NCBI GenBank assembly: GCA_043228905.1 | Contig: JBHGNT010000008.1 | Coordinates: forward strand, 20,026,001-20,090,000 | Source of the DNA: Azolla caroliniana | Lineage: Eukaryota > Plantae > Polypodiophyta | DNA length: 64,000 nucleotides | Direction of reading: 5' to 3' | Made by a program: the position numbers and the translations under genes | The notes under the pieces: generated by a model | Databases searched by the model: none | Seen by the model: only the letters and a program-made list of their open reading frames with translations | Told to the model about the DNA's origin: nothing | In this document: piece by piece, positions 22,539 through 35,739 of the stretch | How positions within the stretch are numbered: the stretch's first letter is position 1 | Layout of the letters: the number at the start of each line of letters is the position of its first letter

Positions 22539-24713
22539 CTAGTCAAAAACCTGATTATCAAAATCATCACAATCTTTTGGTATTGAATGATCACGAAGCT
22601 CTTGCTTGTTCCTCTCATGATTTGGGCGAACGGTCATAAATTGTACAGTTCGTCGTCCATCTTCACTACGGATTTTCGCATAGGCAGAACCATTGTCGAG
22701 GACTTTGGTCTCCATTCGTACGGCTGTAATGTATGGTTGCCCCAGGATTATTGGATAGGTAGATCCTTCCTGCACAAAGAAATGTTGATCTACCTCTATA
22801 TCACCAATAGTAACCTTTACATTTGGGCATGCACCAAATAAATCTTCCGTGACTGATGTGGCAGCTTTTACTCGCCAACCATGTTGAGTATCAATTGGCC
22901 ATCTACCTTTCCTGTAAAAATCAGCACTCATTATATTTATTTCAGAACCATGATCAATAAGTGCCATCACGGGGTCTGGAACATTTCCAATCTTCACATG
23001 ATGCTCAGTAGTGGCTCTTGCCCAACATTTGAGAGAGTAATGGCTTCTTACATCTGTTGAATTTATCATTGAGGTTGATGCATGTTGAGAGTCAACAACA
23101 ATATTGTTTGACTCGTTGCTCACCACTTCATATGCCACCTTCGGATTTGTCTCTTTAACCTGCTCATTTACTTGCTTCTTTCTTCGCACAATATCAATTA
23201 TTTCATCATGAAATTCCTTTTTTGCAATACCTAACACTTCTCTTAGTGTAAATTCTACTCGACTGTCTAGTATTCTTGTTTCTAAAACTTTCTTTAAATC
23301 TGTATCCTTTTCAATATCAGACATTAATTTGAATGAAGGACCAGATTTACCTTTTTCAACTTTTGCGTCCATCTCTTTTCTTTTGCTTTCTCTTGTTTCA
23401 TGCTTTTTGGTTGAGCCAATCTCCTCATCCGATCTTTTCCTTTTTTCTTCCACTATCACCTCATGCTCTTGGTGTTCTGCCATTTGAGCATAGACTGTCA
23501 TAACATCTACTGGAACATCCCATCCAGTGTTTTTCCTCACAGAATCTCCGGCAACACGAAGGTCTTCCATCTTCATCTTTTGCTTTTGTGCGGTACTTAC
23601 AACCTTCTCCCAGAATGATGATCGAGATGGCATGTCATCGAGGCGCATTCCTGCCGTTGCCGAGTAATACATTGCGGAAGCCTTCTTTGCTTCAGCTTCT
23701 TCAAATTTAACCTTAACACCACCATCACCAAAGTTCTTTGTAAGCGGAGATCTAGTTTCAGTTAAGTAAATGTTACCATTTTTCCAATAGACCAAGTCCC
23801 GATTCTCCATGTCTTTATATTCCGCACAATCACGTAATCGATGTTCGAGGCTATCACACCACATGCATCGAGGTCGAAATGGTTCCCTTGACCTCAAAGT
23901 CTGACCATTCTCAAGCTTTGCCACTTTAATTGTTAGATCTTTCATACTTTGAACTAAATCATCAAGCAAAGACTCACTCTTAGTTTCGATCATTTCTCGT
24001 GGTTGATGGACCATTTCGTGTGATGGTTCTCGACCAAGTCTTTGAACTTCGATGTTTTGCTCAAGCCGATTTGTGATTCCCACATGTGGTATTTGTAGCA
24101 TTACACCATTCCTTTGCATTCTTTTCATAAATTTATTACAAGCATTTGTTACCTCATTCCAATCTGCAGTTATACCATCCTCAGTATTTGGTACTTCAAG
24201 CATGAATTCCAATTCTTTTCTATATCTCTTGTCAACTGTCTGCAAAAATAAAGCAACCTTTTGCCAAGACAAAGAATTTCTTTCTTCTGGCTTTAGGTGT
24301 CCATACATCCTATCAAACTCTTTTTTTGTGTCAGACACAGATAACCCTTTATCTTCTTTTAAGATCCATTCATGAAATGAACGCATAGTAACTCGAGAGA
24401 AATCCTCACGAGCATATTCAGACACAAGTGCTTCTTTGAATGCATTCCAATCCAAACTATGCAATGCTTGTATTTCATGAATTCTATCTCTTAATTCCAT
24501 GTCCACTAATTTATAAAAGTTTGCTATCATATTGACATCATTTATACCAAACATTTCCATTTCATCATAATATATATTCACATACTTCGAAATATTTGTG
24601 CCATCAAACATACCAATCTTCTCTCGGACTTCTCGTAAGGCATGAAATAATCGATCTTGATTCAACTTTTCAATAAACAACATTACCGGATCCATTGTAC
24701 TCGTACTTGCCAT
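22539..24713 (-). CDS. gag: Gag-protease (724 aa)
   Basis: Intact ORF; CMWCDSLEHRLRDC zinc knuckle; ALIDHGSEINIM protease motif. Confidence 0.92.
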   Translation of the reverse strand: MASTSTMDPVMLFIEKLNQDRLFHALREVREKIGMFDGTNISKYVNIYYDEMEMFGINDVNMIANFYKLVDMELRDRIHEIQALHSLDWNAFKEALVSEYAREDFSRVTMRSFHEWILKEDKGLSVSDTKKEFDRMYGHLKPEERNSLSWQKVALFLQTVDKRYRKELEFMLEVPNTEDGITADWNEVTNACNKFMKRMQRNGVMLQIPHVGITNRLEQNIEVQRLGREPSHEMVHQPREMIETKSESLLDDLVQSMKDLTIKVAKLENGQTLRSREPFRPRCMWCDSLEHRLRDCAEYKDMENRDLVYWKNGNIYLTETRSPLTKNFGDGGVKVKFEEAEAKKASAMYYSATAGMRLDDMPSRSSFWEKVVSTAQKQKMKMEDLRVAGDSVRKNTGWDVPVDVMTVYAQMAEHQEHEVIVEEKRKRSDEEIGSTKKHETRESKRKEMDAKVEKGKSGPSFKLMSDIEKDTDLKKVLETRILDSRVEFTLREVLGIAKKEFHDEIIDIVRRKKQVNEQVKETNPKVAYEVVSNESNNIVVDSQHASTSMINSTDVRSHYSLKCWARATTEHHVKIGNVPDPVMALIDHGSEINIMSADFYRKGRWPIDTQHGWRVKAATSVTEDLFGACPNVKVTIGDIEVDQHFFVQEGSTYPIILGQPYITAVRMETKVLDNGSAYAKIRSEDGRRTVQFMTVRPNHERNKQELRDHSIPKDCDDFDNQVFD

Positions 24714-24757
24714 GTTGATGTTGATCTTTACTTTAGATGTCTCTTCTACTTCCCCGT

Positions 24758-24775
24758 TTCACGTTGGGTTCACCA
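24758..24775 (-). promoter_or_regulatory. Primer-binding site complementary to the tRNA-Trp 3' end
   Basis: Plus strand TTCACGTTGGGTTCACCA versus recalled plant tRNA-Trp end TTCACGTCGGGTTCACCA. Confidence 0.85.
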
Positions 24776-25956
24776 AATTGTGTCGTGGCGTGGCTCGCCT
24801 AGAAGCGTAGCGTTGCGTAGACAAAAGATATCGTGAAAGTGAGGAAGGAATCACTGGGATTATGGACGGAAGAGACGAAAGAGTAGAGATAGATAAATAG
24901 TGATCAACAAGATATGACAAGATAGGATATAGAATGATATTTGAAGCAATAAAAGAGATTTATAATTATTTGATAAAAGAGTTACAAAATGATTGTGCAC
25001 ATCATTGAACCTCCGAACTTTGTCTTGCAAGGTAATCGCTCTTCTCTTTCTTGATCGTAGACCATTACAATCTTCACTTCAATATTTTGATGAAGATAAG
25101 GCTCGAACCGCCTCCCTCTTGTTGAGAGTTGACCACCACGACCGCCAAGCTAGAGCTCCACGTTTATGTTAAACTTCTTCCCTTCTTTCTCTATTTTTAT
25201 GGTATCTCTTATGAAGTACATAATTTGATTGATATCTCATACATCTCCCCCTTTGATCTTCTCTTTCACCATTTAAATAGGTGCCCCCATGCATATGATG
25301 CATTGGAGGGTACAAATCATGCATGTAGTGCATGAAATGCATGTGATGCATGATCACCATTTGGCGTTCATGCATTACATGTGATGCATGATAAACATCT
25401 CGCTCATTTGAGCTTTTATGTATGAAACAATATATGCAATAACAATAAACATGAAAACATAATCTTAAAGAGAAAGGGCCTAGCCTAATGGTAGGTGTGT
25501 TGACTTTAGTGTATGAGGTTGTGGGTTCGAGTCTCAAAATACTATTGAATACAACATGCAACTTTATTTTTATATCATGAAGCAAATCCTTTATGTAATA
25601 TAAAGTATATATAAAGTATGCTTTATTTTATGAATATTATTAGTGTAGAGTAAATGGTAAGATTTGAGAGTCATAGGGTGGGCTTATTGGTTCAAGTCCT
25701 CTCTTGTTCGTGTAATATAATATATTTATATATATATATATATTATTTTTCTTTACATATATATAATATTATCATATGTGTTGTTATAAAACATTATCAA
25801 ATGTTATTTTAGTTACGTATTTATCTTATTGTAGACTTTTAATGTGAAGCTTTCGTACTTCACGACAACGCCCTACGATAGCTGGACATCCCAGAAACGT
25901 CAGCCGCCCCACAATACTCAACAACAGTCCGCGGTTGATCACAACCCCTTTCATTA

Positions 25957-28900
25957 GTCGTATTTTTTGGCTGAAACATGGGAGCATGAGGCAAAACGTA
26001 TACCTAAGATAGACGGTTACCTCATAAAATTGATATGGCCTCACTCCAAAAGGAATATTGGGCATGTCGGGATATCATGTATCTACCATGAGAGCTTAGA
26101 TAATTCTATCAGTATGCAAATATCATGATCCTTTTAATATAAAACATAGGAGATACATATGGATAGAGGTTAATTTGGGGAAAGAGAAGTTGTATATTGT
26201 TGCATGTTACATTCCTCACAAAGACTCAAAGTATTATAGTAGGTTTGGGTTAGATTGTGATGATCCTTTTATAGAATTATGCCATGATATAGTTTCATTT
26301 GAGAAGCTTGGTAAAGTTTTAATTATGGGCGACTTCAATGCAAGAGTTGGAAATTTCCAAAATGTGGTGACATTTGAAGAAAATGTAGTAGAACATTGTC
26401 TATTGCGTGACTCAGAGGATTGTGTCATGTCAGATTATAGAAAACTTTTGATACATATGCTAAATTGCACAAACTTGATTATCCTGAATGGTATAAAGAC
26501 ATTCCCATTGACAAATGTGTTCACATGTTTTCCATCCTCGGGTGGAGGAAGTGTGGTTGATTACGCATTGATGTTTGCATGTGATTTATCATTGGTGAAT
26601 GTATTTAAAGTTGGCTCTCTATCTCCGGACCCAGACTACAAGCCATTGTACTTAGAGCTTGCAATTCCACATTTCACCAATAGATGCCATGGAGGGAAAG
26701 AGTAAAAGAGATTTATCATCCGACGCTATGAAAAAGCTAATATGTATGCAAATGAAGTGGAGAACCATTTGTTAAATTTTTCTCTAAGAAACGATGTTAA
26801 AGAAAATTGGTTACATTTGAAGGATATCATCCTTAAGGTTGGATATCAATACTTTAAGAGGCATGTGGGTGGGCATAAGATGTGTAGTTTTCCATGTAAT
26901 TTTTGGTTCGACGATGAATGTAAGATGTATCTCAAATGGTTTAAGTCCATAGAAGGGGAAAATGAAAAGATTGTTGCATGGCACCTATATAAGAAAGTAG
27001 TGAGGATAAAGAAAAGAAGATATTTCCAAATGCAAGACATGAAAAAGAAAAACTTGTTTAAGCTCAAACCAAAATTAGCATGGGGACAACTCAACGGTAA
27101 GAAAGAAGATGTGAAAGGTCACTTTACAAATGAAGAGATGTTAGAATATGTACAAAGGCTATATATGCATGAAGGTGTGGCTCCTATGGTTGAGAAAATT
27201 GAAACACTAGTCACTACATGTATTGATATTGATGATGTCAATAAGGGAATAAAGAAGATGCCGAGTGGGAAAGCAGTAGATGCAACATACATCTCAAGTG
27301 AGCGTTTCAAATGGACAATGCCACATACTCATCATTATATAATGACAATTATAGAGCAAGCTATAAAACAAGGATTTCCAAATGATTGGCTTATGAATTG
27401 AATTAAACCAATATTTAAAGCCGGAGATAAGAATCAAGTATCAAATTATCGTACAATAATGGTGAGCTCAACTATTGCTAAATTATATAGCACTATTATG
27501 GAGCAAAAGATAAGCATATGGGCTGAAAGTACAAGCAAAAGTGCACTTGGGCAAGGAAGATTTAGACCAAAACACTCCACTATGGATCATTTGGTCACAT
27601 TGAGAGTAATCATGAAAGAAAGTCGACTACAAGGAAAAACACTTTATCATTGTTTTGTTGATTTCAAGAAAGCTTTTGATATTGTACCATGAAATGAGCT
27701 TTGGAATAGAACGGTAGAGATGGACATGCCATTAGAGTTCCGAGTTGCTATTGCACTCTTATATGAACAAGTTAAATGCCAACTAAAAATGGATAGTGGA
27801 TTCTCAAAGCACTTTTTAAGTAACATGGGGGTCAAGCAAGGATGTCCACTATCACCCACATGCTTTGGCTTATGCATTGAAAAATTAGAAGAAGTGGTGA
27901 ATAAGGTTGCAAGAGAAGAAGGATTGAATGCCCCCAAATTGATGAAACATGTTATCTTATTGCTTCTATATGCAAATGATGTGGTACTCTTCCCATATGA
28001 TGTTGATAGTATGCAACATTGAGTTGGGGTATTAGAAGAATGTTGTCATAGTAGTGGACTAGTAGTAAATGTGGAGAAAACAAAAATGATAGTAGTGCAA
28101 ACCATTGAACCTCATCATTACCCTATGCTCACATATAGAGGAGAACATATACAATTTGTTCAAAGCTTTAAATCTTGGTATTGACGTGCCCACCACAAAT
28201 AAATGGAATGCATGCTTTGATTCTAGGCTCCAAGCTGGTTGGAAATCGTATAACCTTTTGGTGAACCAATGCAACCAAAGTGATATTTGTGGATGGGAAG
28301 TAAAACTAATGTTGTTCAATGTCATGGTAACTCAAGTATTGCTTTATGGAGTAGAAGTATGGGGTGGCACCATCTCTCTTAATGCATGGAATGAGATTGA
28401 GAAAATTCAAAAGATGTTTTTAAGGAGGCAATTAGGAGTTAAATGCACTACCTCTTACCATATTATGCTCTTGGAAACATGTGTTCGACCCATAGAACTA
28501 TTGGCACTCCAAAGAGTATATAAATACATTACAAAATTTAAGAATATGCCAAATCGTCGATTACCACATCTTGCTTGGAATGTTGGATGTAAGCTACAAA
28601 AGAATCATAAAAGTAGGATTCTCTCATCTGGTTGGGTTGTTGACATAAGGAAATGGGGTGTGGATGAGCTTTTAGAGCTTTCGGGCAATGTTATGCAGTA
28701 TGTAATGATTGAGGAAAGGTTGGTGGAATCATTAAGGATGAAGTGGGAAGGCGGTAAGAGGACAAAGCTAGAATACTACATTGCAAATGTCAACCCTGAA
28801 TGTTGGTCTCAATATAAAGCAAGAATGCCTATTGATCATATCCAACCTTATCTCATTACTAATATGAGTAGTAATGCTCGTAGAGCCCTTACACTACTTC

Positions 28901-29276
28901 ACACTCGATCTCATAAGTTAGGTATTGAAGTTGCATCATGGTATCAAAATGTAACGGACTTGAAGACGTGCAAAGTATGAAATGAAGGGATGGTAGAGGA
29001 TGAATGTCACTTGCTCTTCACATGCTTGACATATAGTGCAATTTGTTCAAGATATGCTGACATACTAAAAGGGAGTGGTAACTTAAGTGCCATACTTAAG
29101 ACGACATTGAGAAGGTTGAGCTCATATGTGTATGCTTTATTCACACATAGAGACTTTGTGCTTCAATGTATGAATACCCCTTCTTAGAAAGGAGACACAT
29201 ATACATGTATACTCTAGTTCCATAGGTCAAAATTGGCCTCTTTATGGACGATACAAATTTCTAATTCTAATTCTAA
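25957..29276 (+). mobile_element. 5'-truncated LINE (APE-RT-CCHC; RTE/RTEX-like), decayed
   Basis: LAETWEH, MGDFNAR, SVVDY, FVDFKKAFD, GVKQGCPLSP, LLYANDV, EDECHLLFTC; 3' (TTCTAA)3 tail; possible TSD TTTCATTA/TTTTAATA. Confidence 0.92.
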
Positions 29277-29599
29277 TTTTAATACTCTACCCCTCCGTCG
29301 TATATTAATAAACCCCCTCTGTATTATCCCCTCTTTAATATAAAACCCCCCTTCACACCACCCCTCCCTCCTATCCTAATTATAAAAATTATAGAAATAC
29401 ACCACACCCACTAATCCTCCCCCTAACACACACAATAGGAACCCACCTTCTAGCCGACCAAAAAACGACTAGCACGATGTGGTAAACGTGTTAACAAACA
29501 CTTTAGACACGTGGTGCATCCCTGTAGATGCCTATTTTATCTTCTTAATAGGACCACCTCCACCCAAAACACTATTATGTGGCTAGATAATACAAATAC

Positions 29600-29993
29600 A
29601 TCTTTCCCCTTCCGCCCACGCCAGAAAAAATCCAATAGTAATAGACTACAATTTTTTTTTGGAAACCGCTTAATGATACCCTTCGAATAGAAAGTAAAAT
29701 TCACAATTTATCTAAACACCCCCTCACAATAAATGAAACACAATTGCTAAGCTTAGGACTAAAATACATTCCACCATCCTCTCTACTTTCCACTCACACT
29801 ATCCTTAAGTAGATCTTTACGTTTTAAACATTTCTTTAGAGGCGTGGACTCACCCCCCCGTAATCCATTTAAACTACCAAATCCTAACTAGAATCCACCA
29901 TCTCAATATCCCCCTCTTGAAAATATTTTAAAAAAACATGAAACTCTCCTTTTGTCTAAACTCCAACTATTATGATTCAAACCCATTACCTTA
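29600..29993 (+). pseudogene. PLE reverse-transcriptase ORF N-terminus
   Basis: SKIHNLSKHPLTINETQLLSLGLKYIPP matches the PLE NLS..LT..E..LL.LGLKF/Y.P motif; followed by NPFKLPNPN*NPP. Confidence 0.75.
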
Positions 29994-32900
29994 TGTTACA
30001 TGGGTCGAGCTCTTGACCATTAGGCTATATAATGTAATACGAAAGACATTATTTTCATTTAAGTTTTACTATAGAAAATAGATGTATATTCCAGATTTCT
30101 CTAGAACATTCTAGAAATTTCAGGAGTACTCTTGAGAATACTATAAAAGGAGGCACAAGGCATTACTTCGAACCAAATCGGTTCATTGCCAGTCTTAAGC
30201 CTCCTAGCTACTATTGTATATTCTCTTCACATAATATATATCTTTTGTTATCATCATCCTCTCTCTCTCTCTCTCTCTCGTACTTACTCTTTTCTTCTCT
30301 CGAGAATTCTACACCTCCCTTAGTACTAATCCTCATCTTTTAGTACTAATTCCTTTTCTGTCTTAGTACTGTTCCTGATAGTACTTCTCTTTCTTAGTAC
30401 TATTCCTGACAATACTTCTCTGTCTTAGTACTATTCCTGACAATTTGCACTGATTTTCCTAGTCTCCTTCCTTCTCTTCCTTTTATCTTCTTACTTCTCC
30501 CTCCCTTTATACTAATCTCTTATTCCTCTTTTCTCTAATATTATGGCCACTATTAGCACTCAAGAATATCAATCCGTTTTCTCGGAGTTGCAATGCTTGA
30601 AAGAGAAGTTTCTCGCATTGGAACAAGAATATCAATCCGTTTTCTCGGAGTTGCAATGACTATTGGGGGAGCTTCAACAAATCGAGTTAGAGAAGCAACA
30701 TACACAACAACAACATGGGGAACTAGCGTTATGCGTGCAACAACTCGAAGCGACCATTGTAGCGTTGCAAGAACAAGGACCAAGTGCGCAAGGGATTCAT
30801 AAAGAACCCAAGATCGGCCTTTCTATTAAATTGGATGGAACGCGATCACAGTTTAGAGGATTCCTTAATTAGGTACGATTAGTCATTCAAATGCATCCTT
30901 TCCGATATCCTACCGATGCATCACGGGTGGGTCTAGTAGGCTCATTGTTAAGTGGCTCAGCTTTGGCATGGTTCGCTCTGTTGCGAGAAAAGGAATCTCC
31001 ATTATTAAACAATTTTGAAGAGTTTATAAGTGATCTTAAAGCATGTTTTAGAGATACTGATAGCATAAGGACAACAATCAACAAAATCTGACAATTACGT
31101 CAAGGTGATCGTCCAACCTCCGTATACGCCGCAAATTTCCGTCTACTCACCTCTGATATCCCCTGGGATGACCAAGCATTAATGGAGCAGTTTCTTTATG
31201 GCCTACGTAATAATGTCAAGGATTTACTCTTGACCTTCCCCGAAGAACCAAAGTCATTGACAGAAGCAATCAATCCCGTAGTATGATGCGATAACCACCT
31301 CTTCGAACGACATTCAGAATGTCAGTTTCAAATGCCGAGGGCAAGATCGGAGCCCACCCACGCTTCAGTTGTAGCAAAGCCTTTCCCAAGGGAGTCATTT
31401 AATACGTCTCCAACAAATACTCTGACTCCAATGAAAATTGACACCACACGTCATTGTGGACCACTATCGTAAGAAGAAAAGCAACCGAGCGAATCGGTTA
31501 TGTCTTTATTCCGGTGGACCGGGGCATATTGTAGTGAACTGTCCCCATCGGCCAAGAAGGCAAGTAAATCAAATAGTCGCTAGTGTGAAAGTGGTTTTAG
31601 AATTCAAGGTATTGAACTCTACAAGAATATAAGGTATGAAGTGTTCACATCCAGAGGTCAAGAACATGAACCAAGGTCTTGAGGATAAGTCAAACAAAAA
31701 GCAACACACGTGGAGAAAAGTAAAAGAAGAAAAAAAAGAGCCACCAAAACACAGTCTGAAACGAACGCTCAGAACTCATTCATTTAGAAGCCAAATATTA
31801 TGTTCAAATCTAGGTTGGAAAGCTTGTAAAGAGAGCTATAACTTTTTAAATCTCTAAATTTGGAGCTTGGATGAGGGTGATATGACAATTAGAAGATCGT
31901 TGTGTCATAGCTAAGAATAGGAGATGGAAAAGCTCTAAAAAAGGCGTGGAAAAGAAAGCAAGGGAAACTTATCTAGTAGAGGAGAACTTCATATAAAGCA
32001 AGAAGAGTAAGGTGGTGTTGAAGAGTCTCTTTCTTGTGGTGTTTTTCTTGCCTATTCATGTAGTGTGGTTGTGTTGTTATCCATATATCTTTGTAGACTT
32101 GGATTTATGTATCATCTTTCTCTTGTCCTTCCATCATGATTATTCATTATCAATGGATCTTTGTAGTTTTGGATATATATATCTTCCTTCTCTCTTCTTT
32201 CTATCATCTCTCTCTCATCAGCTAGCACTAATAGTACTAAATTCGACTCTATTTCTTTAGGTGTGTTTGATAGTCCTAATAGCCCAAGCCTTTTAAACAA
32301 ATTTGAAATCCTTAGTCAACTAGAAGAAGAGTTAAACGATTATGTCCAGTCAAAATAGGAGCCGTTTGGTTGGACAATCCTAGATCTGTGCAACCCATTA
32401 GTGGTTCCATTTCCTCTAAGCAAGTTAGCAATGTGTTCTTAGCTCAAGTAATGGTTAGTACTAAAAGCAATCCTCTAGTACATGTCTTAGCACTCTTAGA
32501 TTCAAGAGCCAAGTCTTGCTTCATGGATAGGAATTTTGCCTAAGCTCATCAGATATCCCTATGAAATTTTTCTTGCCCAAGATCTGTTGTAGTTATTGAT
32601 GGTCGTCCCATTGCTTCCAGAGAAATCGTAGAGTCAAAGTTTATTCAAGTTTTCCTAGATAACTTGGTGTGTGTAGTATCATTTAATATAATTAGTAGAG
32701 GAGCCACCATGGGGACCGATCTACAATTTGTCACCAACCGAGCTAGAAGTCCTTTGAGCCTATATAGAGGAGAATTTGACAAACGGTTTCATTCGACATT
32801 CGAAATCTCCAACCGACGCACCCATTTTCTTCGTCAAGAAAAAGGATGGATCACTTTGTCTCGTTGTATACTATCGTGGCTTGAATAAGGTCACCATCAG

Positions 32901-34589
32901 GAATAGGTATGCACTTCCCCTTATCTCAAGTCTTTTAGAACAGATCAATGGTGCAAGGTTCTTCACAAAGATCGACTTACGAGGAGCATATAACCTCGTA
33001 CGAGTCCGACCAGGAGATGAATGGAAGACCGCGTTCAGCACCAGATATGGGCACTTCGAGTATACGGTCATGCCATTTGGTCTCACTAATGCACCAGCAG
33101 TCTTCCAGCACATGGCAAATGATATATTCCGAGATCTCTTGGATGTTTGTTTGATCATCTATTTGGATGATCTACTGGTTTATTCGAAGACCCAAGAAGA
33201 GTATGATTCTCATGTACTGTTAGTACTAAAACGGCTTAGAGAACATTGTCTTTATGCAAACTAGAAAAATGTAGCTTTGAGTGCAACTAGGTGGAATTTC
33301 TGGGCTATGTCATCTCCTCGGAAGGCATCTCCATGGATCCAGCTAAGGTCAAAACGGTGGTAGAATGGCAGACTCCACGTTTGTTGCGAGATGTGCAATG
33401 TGTTTTAGGCTTTGCCAATTTCGACCGCAAGTTTTTACAGGATTACTCAAAGCTTGTTCTGCCTCTCATAGTGCTTACGAGGAAGGGACAATCGTTCGTT
33501 TGGTCTCAAGAAGTGGACATGGCTTTTGAGAGTCTTAAGAAGGCATTTACATCAGCATTTGATCCGGAAAAACCATTCATCATTGAGGTAGATACGTCAA
33601 ATTTCGCCTTGGGTAGCATTTTGTCACAACAAGGCCATGATGAAAAGTTACATCCTGTGGCTTTCCACTCACGCAAGTTTGATGCCGCCAAAATCAACTA
33701 TGAAATTCATGATAAGGAGCTATTCAATGATCACAAAAACCTTGCCTACTTTCAGAATGCTTGTGTGTTAAATCGATGTCAAGCTCGGTGGGCCCAATTC
33801 CTCACTCATTTTGACTTCAAAATTACATATCATCCGGGAACGCAACAAGGGAAGGCAGATGCATTATCACGGCGCTCATATCTAGCACCACGTCCTGGTG
33901 AGCCACCTTTTGATAACCAAAAGCAAGTAATCATGGGACCGGCACAACTGCAAGCAACGCAGGTCTTCGACATGCCATTAGATTCCCACGTTTTTGACAC
34001 CATACGGCAGGACTTGAAGAGAGATGCTTTCACCCAAGACATTCTCGCACAAATTGATTCCTCTCGAGCATCTTGTTCACAATCGCAACAACCAGGTACA
34101 GACTATCGACAATTCGAATGTCATGATGGATTACTATTCTTTAAGAAACTCTTGTATGTTCCAAATGGTTCTTGTCGCCTTCCAGTAGTCCAAAACTGTC
34201 ATGACACATATACAGTTGGGCATTTTGGTAGTACTAAAACATTAGATTTAGTACAACGATCATTCTGGTGGCCCCATATGCGACGATTTGTCGAAGATTT
34301 TGTTCGGACTTGTGATACATGTTGCAAAGCAAAAATGCCAAGGCATCATCCATATGGATTATTAGAACCATTACCAATTCTAAGCAAGCCATGGCAATCC
34401 ATTGCTCTATATTTCATCACAGATCTTCCAGTTTCTAAGGGATTCGATGTGATCTTGACAGTAGTAGATCTATATACGAAGATGGTCCATTTTCTGCCAT
34501 GTACTAAGGAAATCTCCATTGAAGAAACCGCTGAAACTATCATGTGTGAGGTATATCGGCATCATGGCCTCCTAGATAGTATCATCAAC
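29994..34589 (+). mobile_element. Decayed Tcn1/chromovirus-like gypsy (short LTR, gag, PR, RT, RH, partial IN), 3' truncated
   Basis: Starts TGTTACA with TATA at 30141; the LTR end is uncertain. [60 protein letters not shown]. Confidence 0.88.
31584..32220 (+). mobile_element. Solo LTR (637 bp) of an unassigned family in the Tcn1-like gag
   Basis: TG...CA ends; 5-bp TSD GCTAG (31579-31583 and 32221-32225). Confidence 0.85.
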
Positions 34590-35739
34590 TGTTGGGAAAA
34601 TGGTTCCTCCGGATGGGATCCGGTTATGAATGAAGAGGACCCGGTGAGAACCGGAAGAGATCCGTAAACCGGATCGAATGGACCCAGTGAGAACAAGAAG
34701 AGAAGACATACTTGTAAATATGTTTTGAGTAAGCCTATTGAGGCTATATTTGTAAATAGCCCTAAGTTCATGTAAGTATAAATATGACTTAGGGCAATCA
34801 CTCTATGCGTTGGTAGTGTGGTTGTTCATATTGTTGTAATTGTCGTACAGAGAGTGACAAAGAGAGAGGAGATATAGAGTGATACTCTGTTGTAACCGCC
34901 GACTGGCGAAGAAATAGAGCTCGAGGTCGTTGCCTCCGAGTCTCTGATTGTACCTTTCTCATATAGTGATAGTTTGGAGTTTGTGGGCTCCCGTAGTTTT
35001 TCCCTATTAGGGTTTCCCACGTAAACATCCTGTGTATTCCTTTGTGTACTCTCCACTTCCCATTTCTGTGTTTCATTCCCATTTCTGTAATTCAAGGCTC
35101 AGTTGTGGCCGAGCAATATTCCGCACTATTCTCTTCAATCTGGTATCAGAGCGAACAACACAAGAAATGGAAGAATCGTTCGGCGGCATGTTCACGCTCA
35201 CCGGTTCCAACTACTCCATGTGGAAGTTGAAGATGAGGGATATGCTGGTGGTTAAAGATCTTTGGTTGCCGGTTCAGTTCGGGGACAAGAGAACAAATAA
35301 GATCGACGCCAGAGTGTGGGAGGTGATGCACATGAAGACTACGGCATATATCCGGTGTTTCATCGACATGAGTCTGTACAACAACTTCAATGAAGAGAGC
35401 AAGGCTCATGAACTCTAGGAGAAGATCAGCATCATGTTCCAGAACAAGAATGTTGTTAATCGGGTTTCGGTATTCCAGAAGCTTGTGAGGCTCCGGTACC
35501 AGGACGACTCCAATATGGTGGAGCACATGAATGCCTTCCACGGACTGATCCACCAGGCAACCTCATTGGAAGTACCTCTTGCCGATGAGGTACTCGCATT
35601 ACTCCTGCTCGGTTCCCTCTCGGATAGTTGGGAGACCCTAGTTGTCACGTTAGGCAACGTCGGGCCGGAAGGAAAGAAGTTGTCCCTATTAAGAGTAAAA
35701 TCAAGCTTGCTAGATGAAGAATCTCGTCGGACGGACCGG

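Larger units (their letters stand above)
17961..25867 (-). mobile_element. Full-length, very young non-chromovirus Ty3/gypsy element, tRNA-Trp primed
   Basis: 1087-bp LTRs at 17961-19047 and 24781-25867 with no difference seen; TG..CA ends; TSD ACGC/ACGC; PBS 24758-24775; PPT 19048-19060. Confidence 0.97.

Noticed and set aside
26132-26139. TTTTAATA as the LINE's left TSD
   Set aside because: LINE endonuclease homology (LAETWEH..GHVGISCIY) extends upstream to ~25957, so the match is internal to the LINE.
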